Shown in pieces: positions 26,858-35,464 of a stretch of DNA of 64,000 nucleotides (its first letter is position 1; each line of letters opens with the position of its first letter). The DNA comes from Planctomycetota bacterium (GTDB lineage Bacteria > Planctomycetota > UBA1135). Location: positions 174,724 through 238,723 of the forward strand of contig JAJFFC010000012.1 in NCBI GenBank assembly GCA_021776795.1, given 5' to 3'. The notes beneath the pieces were generated by a model, which saw only the letters and a list, made by a program, of their open reading frames with translations, did no database searches and had not been told where the DNA came from. The translations under genes and the position numbers were made by a program.

Positions 26858-27130
26858 ATGCCCGTCATCAGCAAAGAAGAAAAAGCAAAAATCGTGAGTC
26901 AGTATGCCCGTGAAGCGGGTGACACTGGTTCGGTCGAAGTTCAAGTCGCCCTCCTTACCGAGAGCATTAAGCAGCTCACCGAGCATCTCAAGATTCACAA
27001 GAAGGACAACGGCACCCGCCGCGGCCTTCTCGGCCAAGTGGCCCGCCGCCGCAGTTTGTTGCGCTACCTGCGCAAAGTAGACGCGAAGCGCCACCACGAC
27101 CTTCTTGCATCCCTCGGGATTCGTGGCTGA
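26858..27130 (+). CDS. rpsO: 30S ribosomal protein S15
   Basis: 90 aa from the internal ATG, which has an AGAGG Shine-Dalgarno. DTGSVEVQVALLTESIKQLTEHLKIHKKD and GLLGQVARRRSLLRYL. The conserved rpsO-pnp pair. Confidence 0.95.
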   Translation: MPVISKEEKAKIVSQYAREAGDTGSVEVQVALLTESIKQLTEHLKIHKKDNGTRRGLLGQVARRRSLLRYLRKVDAKRHHDLLASLGIRG

Positions 27131-27138
27131 ACCCCGAC

Positions 27139-27170
27139 CGGGCATCGCACTCTGCGGTGCCCGTTTTCCT
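27139..27170 (+). terminator. rho-independent terminator/attenuator after rpsO
   Basis: 10-bp stem CGGGCATCGC/GCGGTGCCCG (one G-U pair), ACTCT loop, then TTTTCCTTTT. Confidence 0.7.
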
Positions 27171-27313
27171 TTTCCCCGCTCCAGAAATCTATGTTGGATT
27201 TCGGTTCGGGAGTGGCACTGCCAGTGCTTGGTCGCTTAGATCAAGGCTAGCGCGGTACGCGGAAACAGAACGAAACAAGAAACAACAGAATCGCATCAGG
27301 CGATCAAGCGGAA

Positions 27314-29590
27314 ATGACCATCTCGAATAACCCCAACGTGCACACCGTCTCTCGCGAGATTGGTGGTCGCACACTTACTTTAGAAACCGGTTGGGTTGCC
27401 AAACAGGCATCTGCAGCCGTCATCGTGACCTACGGCGAAACTGTCGTCATGAGCACGGTGGTAGACGGAGGCCCTAAGGACCTGCCGTTCTTCCCCCTCA
27501 CGGTCGATTACCGTGAAAAGACCTACGCCGCCGGCAAGATTCCGGGCGGTTTCTTTAAGCGCGAAGCGCGCCCATCGACCAAGGAAGTGCTGGCCATGCG
27601 CCTGCTCGACCGTTCGGTGCGCCCGATGTTCGCCCCAGGCTTCCAGAACGAAATCCAAATCATGGGTGCCGTTCTTTCCTACGATCAAGAGAACGAGCCA
27701 GAAGTGCTGTCGATGATTGGCGGCATGGCCGCAGTTCACCTGTCGCACATCCCTTTCGAGGGCGCCATGTCGGCCATTCGTTTGGGCTATCTCGACGGCA
27801 ACGTCCTGATCAACCCCACCCGCTCGATTCTCGAGCGCGATGACAACATCCTCGACCTGACCATGTCCGGCACGAATAGTGCCGTTGCCATGGTGGAAGC
27901 GGGTGCCGTCGAGCTGCCCGACGCCGAGGTGCCTAAGGTTCTCGCCGCCGGTCACGCCGTCATCCAAGACATCATTGGCATGGTCGAAGAGCTTCGTGAG
28001 AAGTGTGGCAAGGCCAAGCTTGAAGTCGAAGCTCCTTCCTTCGACGAAGAGACTCCTGCCGCCATCCTCGCCAAGTACGGCGAAGAGGCTGTGGAGCAGG
28101 TGCTCCTGACCGATGGCAAGTTCGAGCGCTACGGCGCCATCGACACTTGGGTCAAGCAGGTCATCGCGGAAATGGCGCCGGAAGGCGACAGCGAGGAAGC
28201 GCAGGCCGAGCAGTACAAGATCAAGAAAGGCGCAAAGAAGGTCGCAAACGACATCGAGCGCAAGATGACCTTGAACAACAAGCGCGTTGACGGCCGCGAT
28301 GGCAAGACCATCCGCGAAATCTGGATCGAAACTTCAATCCTGCCTCGCGCCCACGGTTCGACTTTGTTCACCCGAGGCGAAACCCAAGCCATCGTGGCCG
28401 CAACGCTCGGTTCCGCCGACGACGAAATGTGGCTCGACGGTTTGAACTCCGAGAAGCAGAAGAGCAAGTTCTACTTGCACTACAACTTCCCGCCGTTCTG
28501 CACCGGTGAAGCCAAGCCGCTGCGCGGTACTTCCCGCCGCGAGCTCGGTCACGGTGCTCTCGCTGAGCGCGCCCTGCGCCCAATGCTTCCCGACCACGTC
28601 GATTGGCCCTACACCATGCGCATCGTGTCGGACATCACCGAGTCCAACGGTTCGTCCAGTATGGCTTCGGTCTGTGGTGGCACCTTGTCGATGCTCGACG
28701 CCGGCGTGCCCATGAAGGCACCGGTTGCCGGAATCGCCATGGGCTTGATCATGGATGAGGAAACCGGCCAGTACAACGTGCTGTCCGACATCCTTGGCTC
28801 CGAAGACCACCATGGCGACATGGACTTCAAGGTCACCGGCACCGAATCCGGCATTACCGCCCTGCAAATGGACATTAAGGTCAAGGGCCTGTCCGCGGAC
28901 ATCCTTGCCGAAGCGATTGCTCAGGCGCGCGATGGTCGTTTGCACATTTTGGGCAAGATGGCCGAGGCTCTCGATGGTCCTCGTACCACCATCTCCCCAT
29001 ATGCTCCGGCGAACAAGTCGATTAAGATTCCAGCCGAGAAGATTGGCTTCTTGATTGGTCCTAAGGGCGCGAACATTCGCGAACTGCAAGAGACCTACGG
29101 CGTCAACGTCAACATCCTCGACGAAGATGGTCACGTGCAAGTTTCGGGCAACCCGTCCGAAAATGTCGATGCCTGCCTCGAGCGGATTCGTCAGCAAACT
29201 CGCGTGATTGCGATTGGCGAGCGCTTCAACGGCAAGGTCACTGGAGTCAAAGACTTCGGTTGCTTCGTCGACCTGGGCGGTGGCCAAGAGGGCATGTGCC
29301 ACATCTCGGAACTCGCTGCAGAGCGTGTCGAAGAGGTCGAGGACATCTGCAAAGAAGGCGACATGATCGACGTCATGGTGGTCAACGTGGACGAGCGTTC
29401 GGGCAAAATCCGTCTCTCGCGCCGCGTCGCCATGCTGCCGGAAGAAGAAGTTGCCGAAGCCCTCGAAGCAGCCTCTCGTCCGGCTCCACGCCGTGATGGC
29501 GGTGGCCGTGGTCGCGATGGCGGCCGGGATCGTGGTGGCCGAGGTGGCGGACGTGACCGTGACCGCGGTGGCCGTCGCGAACGCGTTTAG
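27314..29590 (+). CDS. pnp: polynucleotide phosphorylase with a C-terminal Arg/Gly-rich tail
   Basis: 758 aa. Two RNase PH domains (FFKREARPS, GSSSMASVCGG), a KH domain (IGPKGANIRELQE), an S1 domain (GKVTGVKDFGCFVDL) and the tail RRDGGGRGRDGGRDRGGRGGGRDRDRGGRRERV. Confidence 0.97.
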   Translation: MTISNNPNVHTVSREIGGRTLTLETGWVAKQASAAVIVTYGETVVMSTVVDGGPKDLPFFPLTVDYREKTYAAGKIPGGFFKREARPSTKEVLAMRLLDRSVRPMFAPGFQNEIQIMGAVLSYDQENEPEVLSMIGGMAAVHLSHIPFEGAMSAIRLGYLDGNVLINPTRSILERDDNILDLTMSGTNSAVAMVEAGAVELPDAEVPKVLAAGHAVIQDIIGMVEELREKCGKAKLEVEAPSFDEETPAAILAKYGEEAVEQVLLTDGKFERYGAIDTWVKQVIAEMAPEGDSEEAQAEQYKIKKGAKKVANDIERKMTLNNKRVDGRDGKTIREIWIETSILPRAHGSTLFTRGETQAIVAATLGSADDEMWLDGLNSEKQKSKFYLHYNFPPFCTGEAKPLRGTSRRELGHGALAERALRPMLPDHVDWPYTMRIVSDITESNGSSSMASVCGGTLSMLDAGVPMKAPVAGIAMGLIMDEETGQYNVLSDILGSEDHHGDMDFKVTGTESGITALQMDIKVKGLSADILAEAIAQARDGRLHILGKMAEALDGPRTTISPYAPANKSIKIPAEKIGFLIGPKGANIRELQETYGVNVNILDEDGHVQVSGNPSENVDACLERIRQQTRVIAIGERFNGKVTGVKDFGCFVDLGGGQEGMCHISELAAERVEEVEDICKEGDMIDVMVVNVDERSGKIRLSRRVAMLPEEEVAEALEAASRPAPRRDGGGRGRDGGRDRGGRGGGRDRDRGGRRERV

Positions 29591-29625
29591 GCTCGTGCCG
29601 AAGCTGGTGGATTTTTCCGCCAACC

Positions 29626-29660
29626 GTGGCCGTCAGCATCTGCTGGCGGCCACTTTTTTT
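29626..29660 (+). terminator. rho-independent terminator after pnp
   Basis: GTGGCCG (29626-29632) pairs with CGGCCAC (29647-29653), with extra inner pairs, followed by T7 (29654-29660). Confidence 0.75.
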
Positions 29661-29745
29661 GTCGAGCCCCTACGGCTTATGTGGTGGAGCTTGTGTAGGT
29701 TTACTGTGTTCTGTATCTAGATATCGTGGGCGCTGCACATTTTCG

Positions 29746-29775
29746 TTGCGAATTCCCAGAAATTGGTCGATAAAT
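29746..29775 (+). promoter_or_regulatory. candidate sigma70-type promoter TTGCGA-N18-ATAAAT
   Basis: Lies in a 200-bp AT-richer spacer about 90 nt upstream of the Skp-like gene. Pattern match only. Confidence 0.3.
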
Positions 29776-29863
29776 GGCCTGTTTCGCCAAAAAATGCGCC
29801 AACCTTGGTTGTTCCGCCTCGTTGTTGCCTTAGACTGAGACTATCCTCGGTCCATCCGACACC

Positions 29864-30289
29864 ATGATTCGCCTCGCTATCCTTCTCACGTCTCTGCTTC
29901 TCCTTGCCGCGCCACTGGCGCAGGCGGTGATGCCTGCAGCTGCGCCTGATGAAGTCTCGGTGAACCAGGAAGAGGTGAAGTTGGACCGCGATAAGGTCCG
30001 CCACGGCAACGCGTCCAAGTTCGACGCCAAGGGCACCTCTAAGGTCGCCACTGTGCGATCCACCGATGTCTACGACGAAATTCCGGCCTATAAGACCATC
30101 CAGAAGGAAGGCGTCGAAAAGGGCTCGGCCCGCTACAACCAGCTGATCCGCGAGGCCACCAAAGCCTACAAGGCCGCCCTGAAAAAGGTCGCCAAAGACG
30201 GTAGTTACGTTCTCATCGTGGAAGAAGGCGGCATCTCCGGTTACTCTCATGTGACCGATGCCACGGCCGACATCATTGCTGCCCTCTGA
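29864..30289 (+). CDS. small periplasmic protein, Skp/OmpH-like
   Basis: 141 aa. Signal MIRLAILLTSLLLLAAPLAQA. A Lys/Ala-rich helical segment, then a C-terminus ...GSYVLIVEEGGISGYSHVTDATADIIAAL that resembles the OmpH family end (vld...v...a.DiT..v). Confidence 0.45.
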   Translation: MIRLAILLTSLLLLAAPLAQAVMPAAAPDEVSVNQEEVKLDRDKVRHGNASKFDAKGTSKVATVRSTDVYDEIPAYKTIQKEGVEKGSARYNQLIREATKAYKAALKKVAKDGSYVLIVEEGGISGYSHVTDATADIIAAL

Positions 30290-30311
30290 GCGACCCCTAA
30301 GTCGCTCCTGC

Positions 30312-31637
30312 ATGGCCCCCTTCCTGACCCGCCTTCACCGGCGCGCGCTTGGGCTATGTGCCCTGTTGCCATTGTTGGCCTTGGGGCCTTCCTGCTCCCT
30401 GCTCTTCGACGAGGGCGATCCCTTTCCAGATGAAGAGGAGCAGGGGGCCACCGATTTCACAGGACCGCAAAGCTTTGAGGAAGAGTTCCCCTTCGTGCGA
30501 ATCACCGAGCTGGGCATCGATTATTATCGAGCGGTGCTGACTTCTCCGGTGGGATCTGGTGAAGATATAAAGAAAATATTGCTAGCGAATTCTTCCTTTT
30601 TGAAGGATGCCTCTGCCGCTCCTTCTGCCGAGGGGCAGGCAGAAAATCCTGCTCACACAGCCACTATTATGGTAATGGCGAATGGAGGAAAGGTGTTCAA
30701 CTCCAATGCCAAAGCAGACCAAATGCCCTGGACGGAGGTGGGGTCTTTCCGGGATGTTGAAGACTTGTTGGTTATTGAAGGTCCAGAACGGGACCTACGA
30801 GAAGTTTTTCAATTAATTGACTCTTGGTACAACGGTGGCCCTCAGGTTGAAATCAAGTCGGTCATCATTGAGACCATCGACACGGATGAGTTCCAGCGCG
30901 GCGTAAACCAAATTGCGGATGACAGTCCAATTTTCCGTGATGCCGATGGCGCCGCTTTCCTCCGATCAATTGGAGGCTCGTTTCCGACCGACAGTGGTGG
31001 TGGCGTTGCCCAAATCGGACTCATTGATAGTAATTTCCTCCTTGATGCTGCGATACAGCTTCTAGAAGAGGAAAGCCTTGTGGATATTGTTTCCCAGCCG
31101 TCAATCGTGACTCGGAATGGAGTGCCCGCCAGTATCGAATCCACAACAAAGGTTCCTTACCTGGAGCCAGGAGGGTTTTCTACCTCCGGAACGGCCAGTT
31201 TCACGGTCAAGACTAATGAAGTTGGCGTTAAGTTAAAAGTAACTCCATTCCTTGTTGGTGTTGACACAATTCATTTGGTGATTTTTGCCGAGGTTAGTCG
31301 AATCGGTCAGGACATTGTTATTGGAACTGACGTGAATGGCGCAATCAGTGCCCCTTCGTTCAATACTCGTTCGGCAACCACGGAGGTCTATGTTCGAAAT
31401 GGACAGACCGTGGCCATTGGCGGTCTCGTTTTGAATGAGAAGAGAACTGCAGAATCTCGCGTTCCGTTCCTCGGGAGTCTCCCCGTTCTTGGTTGGTTGT
31501 TTAGCTCAAGTGAAACCTCAAGTGTTCAGACGAAGGTGACCTTCCTAATTACACCTCAAATGAAGGAGCGCCCTAGTATCGATAGGATTGGAGAGTATTT
31601 TGACCCGACTTCAGATGGGTTGGATTCTTCGGAATAA
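30312..31637 (+). CDS. secretin (GspD/PilQ superfamily outer-membrane channel)
   Basis: 441 aa from ATG 30312 (the ORF extends to 30258 but that part overlaps the upstream gene). Signal LGLCALLPLLALGPSC. Secretin core: VEIKSVIIE, LVDIVSQPSIVTRNGVPASIES, TTEVYVRNGQTVAIGGLV, RVPFLGSLPVLGWLFSS and KVTFLITPQM. Confidence 0.85.
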   Translation: MAPFLTRLHRRALGLCALLPLLALGPSCSLLFDEGDPFPDEEEQGATDFTGPQSFEEEFPFVRITELGIDYYRAVLTSPVGSGEDIKKILLANSSFLKDASAAPSAEGQAENPAHTATIMVMANGGKVFNSNAKADQMPWTEVGSFRDVEDLLVIEGPERDLREVFQLIDSWYNGGPQVEIKSVIIETIDTDEFQRGVNQIADDSPIFRDADGAAFLRSIGGSFPTDSGGGVAQIGLIDSNFLLDAAIQLLEEESLVDIVSQPSIVTRNGVPASIESTTKVPYLEPGGFSTSGTASFTVKTNEVGVKLKVTPFLVGVDTIHLVIFAEVSRIGQDIVIGTDVNGAISAPSFNTRSATTEVYVRNGQTVAIGGLVLNEKRTAESRVPFLGSLPVLGWLFSSSETSSVQTKVTFLITPQMKERPSIDRIGEYFDPTSDGLDSSE

Positions 31638-31685
31638 TCTTGTTCATGTGGGCGTCTTGATTAAGGCCTTTCCGCTCACCAGACC

Positions 31686-33278
31686 ATGAAACTAAGCACA
31701 ACACGTCGTCAAGCCTCTCAGGAGCAGGGTGTTATCCTGATCTTGACGCTGTTTGTGCTGTTTCTGGTGATTGCGCTGGTGACCCAGCTGTCTCTCGGGG
31801 CACAAGTGGCGCACACCGCTACGGTGAACCGTGCGGTCGAGACGCGCATGCAAATGGCTGCGGTTTCTGCCGCGGAAGAAGTTCTGACCATGCTCAAGGA
31901 CGACGGCTCTGGGGCTGGTTCCTCTGGCCTGTCCAGTGCTTTGGCGGGGCCCACTGCCTTCCCCGGCATGGATGGCGCCAACATGGGAGATACGGGCTTT
32001 CCCGGAGCCGGCGACCAAGGTGACCCTAACGCCGAAGGCGAAGAGGGCGAAGGTGAAGAGGCCGACGCCACGCAAAGTGACTCCTTCGAAGATGCTTGGG
32101 CGCGTCCCATGCGTTTGTCGATGGGGGACCTGGAGATCACCACTTTCGTGCAAGATGAAAATGGCAAGTTCAACATCTTGGCGCTGATCTCCGGCGGTCC
32201 TGAAGATCGGGAAGAGGCCTTTGAGCGCACGGTGCGCATTTTGGATCGCTTGCGCGACGAGTTTGACGACGACCTGCAGGAGTTTGAAGCGCGCACGATG
32301 GTCGAAAACATCCGTCGTTATATGGAAACGGACAGTCGCACCATCGACTTGCCGCTAATGCCGCGCAACTCCCTTGCCGACGAAGACCTTGACACACGCC
32401 TGCAATCCTTGGAGGAGCTCCTCCTGGTTGAGGGTGTCACTCCCGAGTTGTACTACGATCAGCTTCGCGATCGTGATCAGATTGCGCCTGGGCTGGAAAC
32501 CGTGTTCACGATTTGGACCATGCCGGAATATGACCCGCAGGCACCTAGTGGCAGCCTTGGCGAGGAATCTTCCGCAGAGAGTTCCGGTCAGGCAGATGGC
32601 TTGGGCAACGGCGCCGCGCCCTCTGGAGCCGATTCCGGTGACCCTTTAGACCCCAACCGCATCGCCGAAGGCGAAGGCGGTCTCGAAGGCGCACTCGACG
32701 GCGACCCGCCTATCGGCCCCTTGATCAACCTCAACACCGCACACCCTGCGGTGCTCTACGGCATGCTGCCGACCACACGCCTGCCCCCGGTCAAGATCAC
32801 GAATCTGTTGGAGTGGCGCAACGAGACCGATGAAGAAGCCCTGGCCGAACAAGATTCCGCCGATGTCGATCCTCAGGAAGTCGAGTTGCGTGAGTCGGTG
32901 TATGGCGTCGACGAACCCGAGCCCAAAAACTTTTTAAAGAGCTTGGAAGAGCTCGCCGAAATCGATGGATTTCAGGCCGAGCAACTCGATGCCGAGCAGC
33001 AGCAAGAACTGCAAACCCTGTTCGGCGTGCAGTCCGATGTCTTCCGCGTGTGCATCTATCTCCGGCAAAGTGGCCAAGGCGAGTGGGAGCCTGAACGGCG
33101 CTACCAAGAGGAGCCGGTACGCACCCTGCGCCTTGAAGCCACGGTTTGGCGCCGCATGGCTGGCGAAGAGGTCAAGATCCTGTTCCTTGAGCCGTGGCAT
33201 GAAGTGCCGTACACGCGTTGGCGCATTCCTGATTTCCAGGACGACCTGCCGCCGTTCCGGGCGCCCCGGTACGAGTAG
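31686..33278 (+). CDS. GspK-like minor pseudopilin, enlarged
   Basis: 530 aa. N-terminal QEQGVILILTLFVLFLVIALVTQL, ITTFVQDENGKFNILAL (GspK D-E-x-G-K-x-N-I-N type), LINLNTAHPAVL, and an HhH-like SLEELAEIDGF. Two acidic low-complexity inserts. Confidence 0.65.
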   Translation: MKLSTTRRQASQEQGVILILTLFVLFLVIALVTQLSLGAQVAHTATVNRAVETRMQMAAVSAAEEVLTMLKDDGSGAGSSGLSSALAGPTAFPGMDGANMGDTGFPGAGDQGDPNAEGEEGEGEEADATQSDSFEDAWARPMRLSMGDLEITTFVQDENGKFNILALISGGPEDREEAFERTVRILDRLRDEFDDDLQEFEARTMVENIRRYMETDSRTIDLPLMPRNSLADEDLDTRLQSLEELLLVEGVTPELYYDQLRDRDQIAPGLETVFTIWTMPEYDPQAPSGSLGEESSAESSGQADGLGNGAAPSGADSGDPLDPNRIAEGEGGLEGALDGDPPIGPLINLNTAHPAVLYGMLPTTRLPPVKITNLLEWRNETDEEALAEQDSADVDPQEVELRESVYGVDEPEPKNFLKSLEELAEIDGFQAEQLDAEQQQELQTLFGVQSDVFRVCIYLRQSGQGEWEPERRYQEEPVRTLRLEATVWRRMAGEEVKILFLEPWHEVPYTRWRIPDFQDDLPPFRAPRYE

Positions 33279-33384
33279 GACCCTCAGAAAGGTAGCCGCG
33301 GATTCCGGCGCGGTTCGGCTTGCCATCTACGGCGGGGAGGGGACAATCTGAGCCTCAGGGCTTCGGCTCACCCCACCGCATAGC

Positions 33385-34680
33385 ATGCCTGCCTCCGCCG
33401 TCATCGGTCTCCAATGGGGAGACGAAGGAAAAGGAAAAGTCATCGACTGTCTCGCAGCCGATGCCGACCTCGTTGTCCGCTACGCTGGCGGAAATAATGC
33501 CGGTCACACGGTATATGTCGACGACCAGAAATTCGTCCTGCACCTAATCCCTGGCGGCATCTTGCACCATGGCAAGAAGAACCTGATTGGGCGCGGCGTG
33601 GTCTTGAATCTCGAAGCCTTGCTGGAAGAGATAGACGGCTTGGTTGCGCGCGGCGTGCCAGTGGAAGAGCGCCTGCTGCTCGATGGTCGTGCCCACTTGA
33701 TCTTCCCGTACCACACCAAGATGGACGGCTTGACCGAGAAATGGCGTGGCGATGGCCGCATTGGCACCACGGGGCGCGGCATTGGTCCTGCCTATGCTGA
33801 CAAGGTTTCGCGCACGGGCATTCGTCTCTCGGATGTTCTCGACGCCGACCTCTTCCGCGAGCGCCTAAGCGCTGCCATGGCGGAAAAAACCGCCGTAATG
33901 GAGAAAGTCTACGGCGAGAAGCTTGCCGACGACGCCGACCTGTTCGAGCGCACGCGCGCTCAGGTGGCGCGCCTGCAAGACTTGATTGTCGATGGTGGTG
34001 CCTATGTCCGCGCCGCTGCCGACGAGGGCCAAACCATTCTGTTCGAAGGCGCCCAGGGCGTCATGCTTGACTTAGACGCCGGTACCTACCCCTACGTCAC
34101 TTCGTCGTGGACCGGCATTGCCGGCATCTCCGGTGGCACGGGCTTCCCGCCGAACCGTTTGGATCGCGCACTAGCTGTGACCAAGGCCTACTGCACCCGC
34201 GTCGGTGAGGGTCCCTTCCCGACCGAGCTTCATTGCGACACTGGCCAACGCTTGCGAGACCAAGGCAATGAGTACGGCGCAACCACGGGTCGTCCTCGTC
34301 GTTGCGGTTGGTTCGACGCCGTGCAAGCACGCTACTCCTGTGCGAGCAACGGCCTCGATGGCATCTTCCTGACCAATCTCGATGTCCTCTCCGGTTTTGA
34401 ATCGGTCGGCGTCGGCGTCGGCTATCGCTTGCCCTGTGGCACCGAAGTCACCGATTATCCGGGTGAGCTCAGTACCCTCGAAGGGATTGAACCCTTGGTC
34501 AAAGAAATGCCCGGATGGCAAGAAGACATCACCGCGGCGAACTCGATTGAGGACTTGCCGCAAAGCTGCCGTGATTACGTCGCTTTCCTCGAAGAGCAGA
34601 TGGGCGTGCCCGTGATTTCCATTTCGGTGGGGCCTGGCCGCGAGCAGATGTTCCATTGCCCGCAAGGGGCCGAAGTATGA
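33385..34680 (+). CDS. purA: adenylosuccinate synthetase
   Basis: 431 aa. GLQWGDEGKGKVID, GGNNAGHTV, IGTTGRGIGPAY and GATTGRPRRCGW. Confidence 0.97.
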   Translation: MPASAVIGLQWGDEGKGKVIDCLAADADLVVRYAGGNNAGHTVYVDDQKFVLHLIPGGILHHGKKNLIGRGVVLNLEALLEEIDGLVARGVPVEERLLLDGRAHLIFPYHTKMDGLTEKWRGDGRIGTTGRGIGPAYADKVSRTGIRLSDVLDADLFRERLSAAMAEKTAVMEKVYGEKLADDADLFERTRAQVARLQDLIVDGGAYVRAAADEGQTILFEGAQGVMLDLDAGTYPYVTSSWTGIAGISGGTGFPPNRLDRALAVTKAYCTRVGEGPFPTELHCDTGQRLRDQGNEYGATTGRPRRCGWFDAVQARYSCASNGLDGIFLTNLDVLSGFESVGVGVGYRLPCGTEVTDYPGELSTLEGIEPLVKEMPGWQEDITAANSIEDLPQSCRDYVAFLEEQMGVPVISISVGPGREQMFHCPQGAEV

Positions 34681-34705
34681 GCGCGGTGGCGAAGGTTCCC
34701 TCGAG

Positions 34706-35464
34706 ATGACTTCAGAACCTTTGCAGCCAGACTTTGCCGTGCCTCGCCATGTGGGCCTGATCATGGACGGCAATGGCCGCTGGGCCAAGCGCACTGGGCA
34801 ACCGCGTTTGCGCGGTCATGAAGCCGGTGTGGAATCAGTACGTGATGTCGTCGAAGCTGCAGCCGAGTGGGGGATTCAACACCTCACCCTGTACGCCTTC
34901 TCGGTAGAGAACTGGCAACGCCCAGCACAGGAAGTAGAAGGGCTCATGGCATTCCTTTCCCACTTCTTGCGCGAAGAAGAGCCAACTCTGTTGCGCAATG
35001 GGGTTCGCCTGAAGGGTCTTGGCGACCTTGGCCAGTTGCCTGACGAGGTGCGTGCCACTCTTGCCGAGGTGGAGCAGAACACCGCAGGTGGAGAGCGCCT
35101 AACCCTACGCCTGGCGTTGTCCTATGGCGGACGCCAAGAAATCGCCCATGCCGCCAAAAAACTGGCGCAAGAAGTTCTGGATGGTTCACGCGGCGTGGAC
35201 AGCATCGACCTCGAGAGTTTGTCTGCATCGATGTACGACCCCGACATGCCCGACCCGGACTTAATTGTGCGCACGGCAAGCGAAATTCGCCTTTCGAATT
35301 TCTTGTTGTGGCAGGCCAGTTATGCCGAGTTTCATTTCACCGACACCCTGTGGCCCGATTTCCGCAGAGAGCACCTATACCGCGCCCTGCAGGATTACCA
35401 TGGCCGCGTCAGACGCTTTGGCAAGGTGTTGTCGCGTGATCCCGCCGTGGAGGACCAAGCATGA
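34706..35464 (+). CDS. uppS: undecaprenyl-diphosphate synthase
   Basis: 252 aa. HVGLIMDGNGRWA, LTLYAFSVENW, and RTASEIRLSNFLLWQASYAEF. Confidence 0.95.
   Translation: MTSEPLQPDFAVPRHVGLIMDGNGRWAKRTGQPRLRGHEAGVESVRDVVEAAAEWGIQHLTLYAFSVENWQRPAQEVEGLMAFLSHFLREEEPTLLRNGVRLKGLGDLGQLPDEVRATLAEVEQNTAGGERLTLRLALSYGGRQEIAHAAKKLAQEVLDGSRGVDSIDLESLSASMYDPDMPDPDLIVRTASEIRLSNFLLWQASYAEFHFTDTLWPDFRREHLYRALQDYHGRVRRFGKVLSRDPAVEDQA

Noticed and set aside
25795-26874. 359-aa minus-strand ORF.
   Set aside because: It is antisense to the 968-aa surface-protein gene and runs into the rpsO promoter region. It is Gly/Arg/Ala-rich with no motifs.
27171-27313. pnp leader: looked for the long RNase III-cleaved autoregulatory hairpin known from E. 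coli, and for any riboswitch-like structure.
   Set aside because: I could see only short 4-5 bp stems (GCACT/AGTGC, CGCG/CGCG, ATCGC/GCGAT) and an A-rich tract (GAAACAGAACGAAACAAGAAACAACAGAA). Calling a structure by eye is not defensible; RNA folding or covariation analysis is needed.
28334-29623. 429-aa minus-strand ORF.
   Set aside because: It is entirely antisense to pnp, with low-complexity Ala/Thr/Gly/His composition. This is the typical long antisense ORF of high-GC DNA.
30581-30592. Adjacent NheI (GCTAGC) and EcoRI (GAATTC) sites right at the left edge of the low-GC island, considered as a sign of an engineered or cloning junction.
   Set aside because: The sites are in frame within a continuous ORF (ILLANSSF). 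No other vector-like sequence, polylinker or selectable marker is nearby, and such hexamers are expected in AT-richer DNA. Natural horizontal acquisition or an assembly chimera are the hypotheses worth testing.
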